Shown piece by piece: positions 12,423 to 23,208 of a DNA stretch of 64,000 nucleotides. This DNA comes from an uncultured Acidobacteriota bacterium. GTDB taxonomy: Bacteria > Acidobacteriota > UBA6911. The position numbers were made by a program, and so were the translations under genes. Numbering within the stretch: position 1 is the stretch's first letter; each line of letters begins with the position of its first letter. The notes beneath the pieces are model-generated. The model searched no databases. It worked only from the letters and a program-made list of their open reading frames with translations, and was not told the DNA's origin. Where the stretch lies: NCBI GenBank assembly GCA_963827655.1, contig CAWHCF010000004.1, positions 106,880 to 170,879 on the forward strand. Reading direction: 5' to 3'.

Positions 12423-14078
12423 ATGGGAGGCATGATCAATAGACCGGTGCTGCTCACTATTCTTTCCGTGCTTTCTCTCTCGTTCCAGCACTCCGACAGG
12501 GCACCCGAGATCGATTCCATTAGAAAAGAGGAAATGAGGCCGGATCTATTTTTTCTCGCCGGAGATGACATGCAGGGGCGGCTTACCAATACCCCGTCAA
12601 ACAGTCTCGCAGGGGAATTCATCAAGTCGCGGTTTGAACGGATGGGTCTCAAACCCGCCGGGTCGCAAGGATCGTTTTTTCAGCGGTACAACCTGATGAG
12701 TTCGACCCTTGGTGATGAAAATGTTCTGCAAGTTACCGGCGGAGACAATGCGACTCTTCGGTTGAAGTCGGGGCAGGACTATTATCCGCTCTACTTCAGC
12801 GCCAGTGGCCGGGCTCGCGGCAAGCTCGTTTTCACGGGATTCGGAATCACTGCGCCGGAACTCTCTTACGACGACTACCGGACCGAGACGCTAGGAGGAA
12901 ACATCGTTCTCGCGCTCGACCATGAGCCGGGAGAGCGCGACCCGAACAGCCCGTTTGACGGTGTGGTCTCCGCAGAGGCAGGCGGCGCGCTGCGCAAGAC
13001 ACTGTTTGCCCAGGAAAAAGGCGCAGCCGGCATCCTGTTTGTCCGGGACATTCACAATCATCCGGAGCCGGACAATTTTGAAGCGGCTGCGAAAAGCTAC
13101 TGGCCCGAACAACCCTTTCGCATTCCGCGGGTCACGCTGGCTGATTGGGTGGAGCAGGTCAGGATTCCGGCCGTTCAGATTTCACCGGCGCTCGCGTCCA
13201 TCTTGGTTCGAGGCGCCGGCCGCTCGCTCGAAGCGCTTTCACGCGCGGCGGAGAGCTCCGGCGGCATCCAGCCCGTGCCTCTGCCAACACACCAGGTGGA
13301 GCTGCTCACAACCGTAAACCGTCACGTAATTCCCGATCGCAACGTCGTCGGATTGATTGAGGGTTCGGACGCGCGGCTCAAGGAGGAGGCCGTCATCATT
13401 TGCGCGCACTATGATCATAACGGCGCGGAAGGAGACCGCATCTATAACGGAGCCGACGACGATGGTTCGGGGATCATCGGACTGATTGAAATCGCTGAAG
13501 CGTACTCCAGGGCTGTGCAGGGCGGGCAGCGACCCCGCCGCTCTGTTCTCTTTGCGGCCTGGAACTCCGAGGAACGCGGCCTGCTCGGCGCCTGGGCTTA
13601 TACCGAGAATCCTTTCGTTCCTCTGGACAAGACCATCGCCGTCTTGAACATGGACATGATCGGACGCAACGAAGAGGTGCCAGAGGGCGGAGGTCCGCGC
13701 TTCCGAGGGCTCGACCTTCAAACCTCGGAATCGAACAAGAACGCCGTTAATATCATCGGGACCACGCGGAGCAAGGAGATGAAATCGGAAGTGGAACGAG
13801 CCAATCACGGTATCGGATTGGATTTGAGACTGCGGTACGACAACAACATCTCGAATCTAATGCGCCGCAGCGATCACTGGCCTTTTCTCCAGCGTGGCGT
13901 CCCGGCTATCTGGTTTCACACCGGATTGCACCCCGACTATCACACGGTTTATGACCGGCCCGAGAAGATCAATTACACAAAGATGGAGAAGGTCGCGCGC
14001 CTGGTTTATGAAATGAGCTGGAACCTCGCCCAGTCGGCTTCGCGACCGAGACTCAATCAACCGGCCAGGAATCCATAA
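12423..14078 (+). CDS. M28-family metallopeptidase with PA domain
   Basis: Signal peptide; AHYDH, NGADDDGSG, SEERGLLG, NMDMIGR, RSDH, HPDYH. Confidence 0.92.
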   Translation: MGGMINRPVLLTILSVLSLSFQHSDRAPEIDSIRKEEMRPDLFFLAGDDMQGRLTNTPSNSLAGEFIKSRFERMGLKPAGSQGSFFQRYNLMSSTLGDENVLQVTGGDNATLRLKSGQDYYPLYFSASGRARGKLVFTGFGITAPELSYDDYRTETLGGNIVLALDHEPGERDPNSPFDGVVSAEAGGALRKTLFAQEKGAAGILFVRDIHNHPEPDNFEAAAKSYWPEQPFRIPRVTLADWVEQVRIPAVQISPALASILVRGAGRSLEALSRAAESSGGIQPVPLPTHQVELLTTVNRHVIPDRNVVGLIEGSDARLKEEAVIICAHYDHNGAEGDRIYNGADDDGSGIIGLIEIAEAYSRAVQGGQRPRRSVLFAAWNSEERGLLGAWAYTENPFVPLDKTIAVLNMDMIGRNEEVPEGGGPRFRGLDLQTSESNKNAVNIIGTTRSKEMKSEVERANHGIGLDLRLRYDNNISNLMRRSDHWPFLQRGVPAIWFHTGLHPDYHTVYDRPEKINYTKMEKVARLVYEMSWNLAQSASRPRLNQPARNP

Positions 14079-14322
14079 GGCATTTGGGTTTTGGCGGCCA
14101 GAAAATGAGTCACCGTGATAACGACCCGAACTAAGTCGTGTTCACTGGACGGTGCGGGCAAGAAACAGGAAATAGGCGATGTTTCACTCGCGTGCTTGCA
14201 GCCAGTTGAACTGGAGATGGCGCCGAGAGGGTTGCGCGGGATGTACAGGTTAACTGCCGCTGATGCACGGTAGTCAGGCAGACTTCTGTTGCCGGATGCC
14301 ATGACTACGATATGCTTGGCCT

Positions 14323-14565
14323 GTGGCAGAATATCGGTTTACAGCGTACTTCGAGAACGAAGTTCTCCGGAAGCGCCCATACCTGAAGAAGGAATGGTGC
14401 ATGAGAGCGCTTGAGTACCCAATTCGCTCCGAGCCACAGGAAAAGAATCGATACCGCTTCTGGGTGGAAATTCCGGAACTTGAAGGGCGCTTTTTGAGAG
14501 TCATTACGCTTGAAGACAAGGTGACGATCCACAACGCGTTCCTCGATCGGCGGTTCAAACCATGA
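14323..14565 (+). CDS. Putative RelE/BrnT-fold toxin
   Basis: 80 aa basic protein (RYRFW..IPE...RFLRVITLED..TIHNAF.DR) with an ATGA overlap into DUF2283. Confidence 0.65.
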   Translation: MAEYRFTAYFENEVLRKRPYLKKEWCMRALEYPIRSEPQEKNRYRFWVEIPELEGRFLRVITLEDKVTIHNAFLDRRFKP

Positions 14566-14780
14566 AATTGAATTACTATCCCGAAACGGATTCGCTGTAC
14601 ATCGACCTATCGGAACAGACCAGCGTCGAAAGCCGCGAGATTTCCGAAGGTGTGGTTCTTGACTACGACGCCCAAGGAAACCTGGTCGGAATCGACATCG
14701 ATAATGCGAGCACCAAGGTCGAGATCCACAAGCTGACCGTCAGCAAGCTTCCGGCCTCGGTGGAGACCATTGCCGACTAA
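14562..14780 (+). CDS. DUF2283-family protein (putative antitoxin)
   Basis: MKLNYYPETDSLYIDL...ESREISEGVVLDYD..GNLVGIDI. Confidence 0.85.
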   Translation: MKLNYYPETDSLYIDLSEQTSVESREISEGVVLDYDAQGNLVGIDIDNASTKVEIHKLTVSKLPASVETIAD

Positions 14781-14815
14781 CATCGCGCTCGAGCCGGACG
14801 CACGACCGCGTTAAG

Positions 14816-14901
14816 GGTCCGACATACCTGGCAAACCACGCCTCGAGACGCTTGCGCAGTTCCATGGCGCTCCCCCTGCGCAGCGGATCGTCTGCGAGAT
14901 T
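14816..14901 (-). pseudogene. 3' fragment of a sulfatase paralog
   Basis: Reads [29 protein letters not shown]; 31 nt identical to 19126-19156. Confidence 0.7.
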
Positions 14902-15164
14902 ACTCGTAAAGCTAAAAAATCAAGGGGCCAAGCGGTGCCTCGCACCGATTACTTGGATGACTGACTGGGAGTTACGGAGAGCTCAAAGTTTAGTTTGCCT
15001 TGCCGCAGCTTGAAGCTGAACCCCGAACTGAAGTTTGGAGTTTGGAGTTCATGCGCTAGCTTGCATACTGATAGGGTGCGCAAGGCTGAACCCTAAACAG
15101 TTTTCATGTAATTTAGGAGGCGGGTCGCAAGGTTGCTTGCAATTTATTTGAGGAGTAATCGATC

Positions 15165-16505
15165 ATGAAACGTTCTTGGTTAACTTTGTTCTTCCTGGGT
15201 TTCGTTTCGGTTGCGATCGGGGCGGAACCCAAAGACTTGAACTGGTCGCAGTGGCGCGGCTCCGACGGCACCGGGGTTTCCGCCGAAACCAATTTGCCGG
15301 CGAATTGGCAGCCGGACAAAGACATCAAATGGAAAACGGCGATCACGGGACGCGGCCACTCCTCGCCGATCGTCTGGGGCCGGCGCATCTTCTTGACCAC
15401 TGAGATCGAAGGGGATGTCGTGCCGGGCGTGAAAGCTGTGCCTCACACGATGGGAGGCCAGCCATTCAAGCATCCCGACAGCGTCGGCGCTGACCGGAAG
15501 CACACCTTCAAGGTGTTATGCCTGGACCGTGATTCGGGCAAACTCCTGTGGGAACAGACGGCCTACGAAGGAACGGTCTTTGATGATCGGCATCGTAAGG
15601 GGAGCTATGCCGCGCCGACTCCGGCAACCGATGGCACGTTCGTGTTTGCCTGGTTTGGCGCGGAGGGTGACGGACTCTATTGCTATGACTTCAATGGCAA
15701 GTTGATCTGGAAAACACCGGTCGGAAAGATTGCGTCGGTCGGAATGGGGCCCGGCAGCTCTCCCGTGGCATTCGAGGGCATGGTGATACTCCAATGCGAC
15801 GAGGACAACGGCGAGAAGTCATTCATGGTCGCAATTGAGGCCAAAACCGGTAAGGAAATCTGGCGCACGGCTCGCAAGGTGCAGGTCAGCTGGTCTACTC
15901 CGATTATCGTCCGCACGCCGCAGCGCGTGGAACTCATTGCCAGCGGGGCGGAGTTCGTGATCGCCTATGACCCGAAGAACGGCAAAGAGCTGTGGAGGAC
16001 AAAAGGGCATGAAGATACCGGTGTGCCGACTCCGGTCGCCGGACACGGAATGGCCTTTATCGTCGCGGGCTATCCCCAAAAACGAACGATGGCGATTAAA
16101 CTTGGCGGCTCCGGCGACTTGACCGGCAGTTCGAGTATTGTCTGGAAGTATGAGAAGGGATCGGCCTATGTGCCGTCGCCGATCCTCTATGGCGATCATC
16201 TTTACCTGCTCACGGATCGCGGCATTCTGACTTGCCTCGACGCCAAAACCGGCAGCGTCCTATACGAAGGCGGGCGCATTCCCGTCCCGGCGACTTTCAC
16301 CGCTTCACCGGTAGCGTTTGATGGCAAGATTCTGTTGACGAGCGAAGACGGCGATACATTTGTTATCCGAGCCGGGCCCAAGTATGAAGTGATTTCAACC
16401 AATTCAGTGGGCGAGCCCGTCTATGCTTCTCCCGCCGTGTCTGACGGCATGATTTTCATCCGGGGCGAAAAGAATCTTTTTTGCATCAGTGCGAAGAAAG
16501 GCTGA
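15165..16505 (+). CDS. Secreted PQQ-like (BamB-type) beta-propeller protein
   Basis: Signal peptide, NWSQWRG.DGTG, GHSSPIVWG, repeated G...W docking motifs, GAGGAG RBS. Confidence 0.88.
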   Translation: MKRSWLTLFFLGFVSVAIGAEPKDLNWSQWRGSDGTGVSAETNLPANWQPDKDIKWKTAITGRGHSSPIVWGRRIFLTTEIEGDVVPGVKAVPHTMGGQPFKHPDSVGADRKHTFKVLCLDRDSGKLLWEQTAYEGTVFDDRHRKGSYAAPTPATDGTFVFAWFGAEGDGLYCYDFNGKLIWKTPVGKIASVGMGPGSSPVAFEGMVILQCDEDNGEKSFMVAIEAKTGKEIWRTARKVQVSWSTPIIVRTPQRVELIASGAEFVIAYDPKNGKELWRTKGHEDTGVPTPVAGHGMAFIVAGYPQKRTMAIKLGGSGDLTGSSSIVWKYEKGSAYVPSPILYGDHLYLLTDRGILTCLDAKTGSVLYEGGRIPVPATFTASPVAFDGKILLTSEDGDTFVIRAGPKYEVISTNSVGEPVYASPAVSDGMIFIRGEKNLFCISAKKG

Positions 16506-16511
16506 GTTTTT

Positions 16512-17012
16512 ATGAGGCGCTCCACAAGCATGGTCTCTGTTGTTTTGATGCTCGGTTCTCTTGCGCCGGGTCTTGCGAGTGCGCGGCTCAACCTCAGCGG
16601 CACGTGGCAGCTGGATCAAAACCGAAGCTTCAGTAATCCGGCGGGACTCGACCAGACGATGACCATCGTTCACAACGGCGATGAAGTGACCCTGGACGCT
16701 AAAATCACGGTTCAGGGGCGCGAGACACAGGTGAATGAAAAATGGCTGCTGGATGGCAAAGAACGCGAGTTCACACCACCCGGAGCGCCTCCCGGCTCCA
16801 CGGGCAAACGCAAGGCATCGAGGCTGCCGGACGATAAAGGAATTCTGGTCGAAGACGCCTCGGTGGCAAACACACCCAAGGGGGAGGTCAATCAGCGAAC
16901 CACGCGCAAATACACCCTCTCGGCCGATGGCAATACCTTGATCGTGGATTACTTCATCGATCGCGGTGAGCAGTCGTTCGAATCGAAGCGCGTATTTGCC
17001 AGGAAGCCTTAG
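16512..17012 (+). CDS. Secreted hypothetical beta-barrel (lipocalin-like) protein
   Basis: Signal peptide, NLSGTWQLD, YTLSADGNTL; 6 nt after the upstream gene. Confidence 0.7.
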   Translation: MRRSTSMVSVVLMLGSLAPGLASARLNLSGTWQLDQNRSFSNPAGLDQTMTIVHNGDEVTLDAKITVQGRETQVNEKWLLDGKEREFTPPGAPPGSTGKRKASRLPDDKGILVEDASVANTPKGEVNQRTTRKYTLSADGNTLIVDYFIDRGEQSFESKRVFARKP

Positions 17013-17166
17013 GGTTCGCGCAGAAATAAGTTCGCATTCTGCTGCAGGCCCCCAGGCCCGCTGGCGGGGCGCGATCCTCAGCGTGCTTGGCTAACAGAAA
17101 ACCGGTTCATAATTAAACACCGACGCTCGCGCCAGAATGTGAAGTTATTTCTGCGCGAGCCCTTAG
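17010..17166. mobile_element. MITE-like element with ~31 bp terminal inverted repeats
   Basis: Left agggttcgcgcagaaataagttcgcattctg and right cagaatgtgaagttatttctgcgcgagccct are near reverse complements; TTA context at both ends; no ORF. Confidence 0.65.
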
Positions 17167-17190
17167 GGCGATAATTTCCCCACTAACGTT

Positions 17191-18975
17191 ATGCGAAAAA
17201 CTCTGGTTGCTGCTTGTCTGATGTCAGGGCTTTTGTGGGGCCAGGAACCTGCCGACCGGCCGTTCTGGCGGACCGTCGTGATGGGAACTCATGGCATGGT
17301 GGCCGCCGAGCATCCCTTGGAGGCGCTGGCTGGATTTGAGGTGCTGCGCGGCGGCGGCAATGCAATCGACGCAGCGGTGGCGACGTTCTATATGACCGGC
17401 GTGGTCGAGCAGCATCAGGCCGGCATCGGCGGCGACGCGGTCATCCTGGCATACATCGCTAAAGAAAAGCGGCTGGCGTTTATCAACGGCACGGGACCTG
17501 CTCCGGCGCTGGCCACGCGCGAGTTCTATCAGAAGCTGGGCGGAATCCCGGATGCAGGGCCGCACTCGACCCTGGTTCCGGGGGCCGTTGCCGGCTTCGA
17601 TCTCGTCCTGAAGAAATACGGCACCCGAGATTACCGGACGCTCCTGGCGCCTGCAATCGAGGCGGCCGCGAAAGGCCATCCGATAAGTTTCTGGGGGGCC
17701 TCGATGCATGCGGGAGTGGTCGAGAAGCTTTCGCCCTATCCGAGTTCGCTGAAAGCGCTTCTCAAGAATGGCAAGCCATTCGATCCCGGCGATCTTTTTG
17801 TACAACCAGACCTGGCGCGCACTCTGGGGACGATCGCAAGCGAGGGGGCGGAGAGTTTCTATCGCGGCTCCATTGCTCGCCTTACTGCGGGTTTTTATGA
17901 GAAAAAGGGTGGGCTGGTGCGATTCGACGATCTCGCCGGGGTTCGGGCCGAAGAAGTGGAACCGGTGAGCACTGCCTATCGAGAGTACCAGGTCTATCAG
18001 TGCGCGCCCAATTCTCAGGGGATTGTCCTGCTGATGGCGCTCAACATTCTGGAGGAGGCGGACCTGCGCCGGCTTGGCCACAATTCGGCCGAGTATCTGC
18101 ATACGATCACGGAGGCGTTGAAACTGGCATTCGCTGACCGCGACCAGTACATTGCTGATCCTCGCTTCGCCAAGATGCCGGTTCGAGAGTTGCTTTCAAA
18201 ATCTTATGCAGCCGAGCGCCGGAAGCTGATTCGTCCTGATCGCGCGCTGCGCGGGGCGCCGCCGCCTGGGGACCCGAGGGCGGTGAAAGGGGTGCTGGCG
18301 GGACGCGAGGTTCTCTATGAGGACGGCCCTCAACCGGTAGGGTCAGCGCCTAGCCGCGGGGACGGGCAAGGTGAGACCTCGTCGTTTTCCATCGCGGACC
18401 GCTTCGGAAATGTGATTTCCGTTACTCACAGCGTGAACGGCACGTTCGGCAGCGGCATGGTCGTCGAGGGCGGCGGGTTTGTTCTTAACAACCGCATGCC
18501 CTACTTCAGCCTCGATCCGAACGACGTAAACGTTCTGTTGCCCGGCAAGCGACCGCGCCACACGATCAATCCTGCGATTGCGCTCAAGAACGGCAGGCCG
18601 TTTCTCGCGTGGAACACGCCGGGTGGCGATAACCAGCCGCAAGCCATGTTGCAGGCCTTTCTCAACGTTGTCGAGTTCGGAATGAACGTACAGCAGGCCG
18701 TCGAGTCGGCGACGGTCACGACAAATTCTCATCGGGCCTCTATGTATCCGCAGAAGGCGGGAGAGACACTGTCCATGCCAAAGATCCTCGCCGATCAGGT
18801 AGGCGCGGGCCTGGCATCCAAGGGTCACCGCTTGCAGATAGCGGCGCGGCAACAGCCCTATCGACAGCAGGTCTCCGGAGCCGGCGCCGTCAAGATGGTC
18901 CTGATCGATCCTCAGTCCGGCGTGCTTTACGGAGGCGTGAGCCCGTCGAAAGACAACTACGTCATGGGCTGGTAG
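17191..18975 (+). CDS. ggt: Gamma-glutamyltransferase family protein
   Basis: GGNAIDAAVA, GIGGD, LKLAFADRD, nucleophile region ETSSFSIADRFGN, LNNRM, PGKRPRHT, TPGGDNQPQ. Confidence 0.93.
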   Translation: MRKTLVAACLMSGLLWGQEPADRPFWRTVVMGTHGMVAAEHPLEALAGFEVLRGGGNAIDAAVATFYMTGVVEQHQAGIGGDAVILAYIAKEKRLAFINGTGPAPALATREFYQKLGGIPDAGPHSTLVPGAVAGFDLVLKKYGTRDYRTLLAPAIEAAAKGHPISFWGASMHAGVVEKLSPYPSSLKALLKNGKPFDPGDLFVQPDLARTLGTIASEGAESFYRGSIARLTAGFYEKKGGLVRFDDLAGVRAEEVEPVSTAYREYQVYQCAPNSQGIVLLMALNILEEADLRRLGHNSAEYLHTITEALKLAFADRDQYIADPRFAKMPVRELLSKSYAAERRKLIRPDRALRGAPPPGDPRAVKGVLAGREVLYEDGPQPVGSAPSRGDGQGETSSFSIADRFGNVISVTHSVNGTFGSGMVVEGGGFVLNNRMPYFSLDPNDVNVLLPGKRPRHTINPAIALKNGRPFLAWNTPGGDNQPQAMLQAFLNVVEFGMNVQQAVESATVTTNSHRASMYPQKAGETLSMPKILADQVGAGLASKGHRLQIAARQQPYRQQVSGAGAVKMVLIDPQSGVLYGGVSPSKDNYVMGW

Positions 18976-19017
18976 AAACAAATACCACCAGGACACGAAG
19001 GCACGAAGAAACACTAA

Positions 19018-19057
19018 GGGCCTGCAGCAGAATGCGAACTTATTTCTGCGCGAACCC
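19018..19057. repeat. Solo copy of the MITE end
   Basis: Exact 40 nt reverse complement of 17012-17051. Confidence 0.85.
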
Positions 19058-19067
19058 GAAGGGACCG

Positions 19068-20460
19068 TTACTTGCCGGCAACGACGGGACCCACCGGGTC
19101 GGCTGCAGGTTCGACATACCTCGCGAACCACGCCTCGAGACGCTTGCGCAGTTCCAAGGCGCGTCCCTGCACCGCGGAAGCGTTCGCAAGATTTGCTTTT
19201 TCGCCAGGATCCTTTCTCAGATCATAGAGCTCGTGGGGGCCGGCGGGATAACGATGGACATACTTCCAGTCCTCCGTGCGCACCATCCGGACCTTGCCAT
19301 ATTCGCCATAGACTTCCCGCTTCCACGAAACCTGTTTGCCGGCTAACAGAGGGGCATAGCTCTGACCCGGATGGTTCCGCTGCCGGGGAAGCGGCAGGAT
19401 GAGGTAGTCGAGCAGCGTCGGAAGAAAATCGTAAGCGCTGACCATGGCATCAATCTGCTGTTTCGCGCGCAGGCGCGCAGGATGACTGAATATCAAGGGG
19501 ACGAGCAGGGAAGTGTCGTACATGTTGCGCGGCGTCGACGCGTTCCCTTTTCCGACCAGACCGTGATGGCCGAAATTGAAACCGTGATCGCTGGTGAACA
19601 CGATCAGCGTGTCCTGGCGCAGCGAAAGATCGTCCAATCGCTCGAGGATTCGGCCGATGTTCTGGTCCATTGCAGTAATCGATGCGGCGTACTGCGCCAT
19701 GCTTTCTCGGTTTCCGAGATGATCCTGAAGGGCGCTGGCCCATGGATGTCTGGGCTCGACCGGGAAAGATGCGAAAAGACCGGATCTATAGTGATCGACC
19801 CATTGCGGCGGATGCCCGGTCCATGGCGTGTGCGGGGCGGTGTAATGGACGCTCAGGTAAAAGGGTCGGGCGCGGTTGGTTTCGATGAACTGGAGCGCCT
19901 TGTCCGTGATCACGTCGGTGAGGTATCCCTCACTCGGAATCTCCCGGTCTCCATCGATCATCGGATGATTGCTGTACGTGCCGCCACCGCGCGGGTGGAC
20001 AAACCAGGAGGAGAACCCCTGCTGCTTCCTGAGGCTGTCTCCCATGTGCCACTTGCCGCTGAATCCGCAGGCGTAGCCATTCTGCGCCAGAATCTGGGAG
20101 TAACCGATTTCATCCCTTAAGAACTCCTTTGCCGCCGGGCCGGTATTTTCCTTATCGATCCAGTCGTGGATCCCGTGCTGCGAAGGGATTCTGCCGGTGA
20201 GAAAGGTTGCCCGGCTGGGCGAACAGACCGGCGTGGCGCAGAAAGCCCGTGTGAACCTCACGCCCGTCTTCTGCCAGTCGATCGAGATTCGGCGTCCGGA
20301 TCTCCTTGTTTCCATAGCAGCCCAGAGTCCACTGTCCCTGATCATCCGACATGATGAAGATCACGTTGGGAGGACGCTGCTGCGCGACCTGAGAATAACC
20401 AAGGACAGCGAACGACATGGAAGCGAGCAGGATCGTTAGCGTGGGCATAATCTCAGCCAA
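19068..20460 (-). CDS. Formylglycine-dependent sulfatase (frameshift near 20270)
   Basis: [10 protein letters not shown]...TPNLDRLA in one frame; CSPSRA, GKWHMG, PHTPW, TSDHG in the next. Confidence 0.9.
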
Positions 20461-20640
20461 GTCGACTCAATCAGTCAGCTTCCCATCAATAGGGAACTTT
20501 GTCGAAGTGGTCTTGAGTATATACCAAGCTCGGCGTCTTTGGGTCTTGGCGGTTTGCCTCCGCGGGCCTAAGGATCGTCAGACGCCCGAACGTGCCGTGA
20601 CGAACGTGTTGGTTTGACTTCGCTAAGCGCCTTAGCCCAG

Positions 20641-22063
20641 TCACGCCCTCTGGAAGGCTCGGGCGCGAAAGAGGAAATCGACGATATTTCCCTCGTGCGG
20701 TTGCAGCCAGTTGAGCTGGATCGTCGGGATAGGGCCGAGGTTGAGGCGATCGATGTGCACTGCGTCGATCAAGGCGCGGCGAAGCTCCGGGTTTTCCGTG
20801 ATCGCCGTGCAGACGAGCGTGGAACCGATGGCCTCGAGCATCTTCGACTCAGGACAGTTCACCACTGTCACGAACGGGAACATGTACTCTTTCTTCGCAA
20901 TGGCCGCCTCAGGCGAGTCGCAGTGGACTACGGTTGGCAGCAGGTAATCGCAGCGCTCCATCTTTACCAGCCGTCCGGCGCCGTTACGATGTTTGGCCGT
21001 CAAGTCCGTTACCCCTGGGGCTTCGAGGTCGCTGTCGATAGCTTTTGAGATGGCCTCCGCCGTACCGGGGACGGTAAAGGCCGCGAGCCCGGCCTGCGGA
21101 TTCTCGGGCGGCAGGGGTTGAACCGCTGCGAGCCGCTTTGCCAGCGCGTCGGCTATTTCGCGGCTATGCCTGCTGACCCAGACTCCCGAACAGCTGATGC
21201 AGCTTCGTCCGCTGTTGGCATACACGCTGTCAAAAATCAAATCGAAGTATTTCTCCCAATCGTCGACGCGATCGTCTCCCAGAATGACCTTGGAGAAACC
21301 TGGCCCGTGAGCCTGCACCCTGGGATTGCCCCGGTAGCGGTCGACGGTGGGGGTGCCTCCAAAAATCAGGTTGCGTTCGCAGGTGTCGAGCACGGCTGCA
21401 CCCACGTCTCCTTCCCCGGGATAAACGGAGATCGCCTCGCGGGGAATCCCGGCCTCAAAGAAAGCCGCGGCCATGCGATAGGGGGTCCAGGGCTCCTGGG
21501 GTCCGGGCTTAAGGACCAGCCCGATTTGAAGCGGGATGATGGGCAGCCAGAGAGTGTGCACTCCGGGCGAATTGGACGGCAGGACCAATCCCAGGATCGG
21601 GCTCTGGCACTGGTAGCTGATCGGCACACCTCTCTCTTCGCCGTAACCCTGAGTCAGGACGTTGAGATCCAACCCTCGGGTCAGGGAGTTCAAGATGTTC
21701 TTCATCTGGGAAAGGACGAAGTGATTCTTCTTCATATTGGCCCGGCACATGTGCTCGGGCAGACCCGTGGATGCGGACTGAGCCCGCACAAACTCATCGG
21801 GCGTTTGAGTGCCATCGCCCAACGGGAGTTCGGCGTCCATATAGAGTTCGCCTGCCTTTTTGACCTTCTGGATGAGGTCATCCATCGGGATAGCGCGGAG
21901 CGCGCTCCGAGCCCTGATCGGCCTTTCGCATGTCTCGTTGGATCAAGCCGCCGTTCGCGCGGCTCACTTTAGCGATCGGTTCGCCGGTCGCGAAATGGAC
22001 TACCTGATCGATGTCCATGCTGGTGTAGGGTTGGCCCCACCGTAATACCGGAATGTTTAACAT
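20641..22063 (-). CDS. Aldehyde-dehydrogenase-superfamily reductase (EhpG/GriD-like; frameshift near 21900)
   Basis: LPSNSPG, LKPG, FGG, HGPGFSK, catalytic NSGRSC, EYMFPF; N-terminus in ORF 21878-22063. Confidence 0.85.
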
Positions 22064-22101
22064 GGTTTAATTCCTAGAGCCTGTGATGCGAAAATCCGCA
22101 A

Positions 22102-23208
22102 TCAATACACGCCGACGGTTGTAGTGGCTGCAAACCCGCGGAAGGGCCGAACTCCGCTCACCCCATCCCAGGGGTATTGCTCGCATGGCGGCTCTCGCTC
22201 CCCTTCGTCGCGTTCCAGAAATCCGGGCACAAAAAATTCCTTTGTGAGCGTGACCAGCTTGACCCGCCCCGTCTGGCCATACTCGACCAGCCTGCCGGGA
22301 TCATCGAGATCCACAACCTGTATGACGGCGCGCGGCTGCGGGGCGTAGTACGTTATCTTGTAATTGTTTTCCGGCCCGGTGGGAGCGCTCGCAGCCAGGC
22401 CCATCAAGGTATTGCCGTAGGTCGGGGTCATGTAGGCGCCATCGAGGAGTTCCTCGTGGGCGAAGCGGTTCCACTGCGGGGTGAACTCTGTGCCGCCCGA
22501 AAATATCCCGGTGATGCCCGCCTTTCGGATGCTCGAGCCGCGACTCTCAAGGCGCAGGGCCAGGGCTTCGAGCAGCTTTGGCGTGGTAAACAGACAATGA
22601 ATGTTATGACCCGCCTCCAGAATCGTTATCGCCTGATCGATGCAGTGATCCTTGTACGCCTGCAGATGGTCGGCCCAACCTTTCTTGATGAGCTTGATCA
22701 CCCAGCGGGGATCGAGATCGATGCAAAAGCAGATTCCTCCCCGATACTGGGCCAGGTGCTCGACCGAGAGGCGCAAGCGCCGGGGACCGGAGGGCCCGAG
22801 CATCAACCAGTTCGATCCTTTGGGAAAGTACTGGTCGGGGAGCGTTGCGCTGAAGATCTCATAATCGACGCGAAAGTCATTGAATGCGACGCGCGTCTTG
22901 GGAATACCGGTGGTTCCTCCAGTCTCGAAAACATAAACCGGCTGCCCCGCTAATCCCCTCGGAATCCAGCGTTGGACGGGACCGCCTCGAAGCCATTCGT
23001 CTTCAAAAGGGCCGAAGCGCGCCAGATCTTCGAACCCTCGTATCTCGGCGCGCGGATCCCAGGCAAGCTTCTGTGCAAAGTCCAGCCAGAACGGGCAGCC
23101 GGTGGCAGGATCGAAGTGCCACTGAACGGCCTCGCGGACCCAGGCATCCAGCTGATCGCGGGCAACCTGTTGCTTCGACTCGAGCAGCGTTTCTCTGGTG
23201 GCGCTCAA
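22102..23208 (-). CDS. EhpF/GriC-like stand-alone adenylate-forming enzyme
   Basis: WHFDPATGCPFWL, ETGGTTGIPK P-loop, IDLDPRWV, TTP, GGTE, YGNT, ERD and terminal GVY match the recalled Pantoea EhpF; similar length. Confidence 0.8.
   Translation of the reverse strand: MSATRETLLESKQQVARDQLDAWVREAVQWHFDPATGCPFWLDFAQKLAWDPRAEIRGFEDLARFGPFEDEWLRGGPVQRWIPRGLAGQPVYVFETGGTTGIPKTRVAFNDFRVDYEIFSATLPDQYFPKGSNWLMLGPSGPRRLRLSVEHLAQYRGGICFCIDLDPRWVIKLIKKGWADHLQAYKDHCIDQAITILEAGHNIHCLFTTPKLLEALALRLESRGSSIRKAGITGIFSGGTEFTPQWNRFAHEELLDGAYMTPTYGNTLMGLAASAPTGPENNYKITYYAPQPRAVIQVVDLDDPGRLVEYGQTGRVKLVTLTKEFFVPGFLERDEGEREPPCEQYPWDGVSGVRPFRGFAATTTVGVY

Noticed and set aside
14975-15100. Degenerate REP-like palindromes upstream of the PQQ-like gene
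   Set aside because: Too degenerate to define boundaries or confirm pairing.
20641-23208. Phenazine or luciferase (luxCE) cluster
   Set aside because: No phzA/B, D, E, F, G or luxAB genes in the window; only the adenylase/reductase pair is present.
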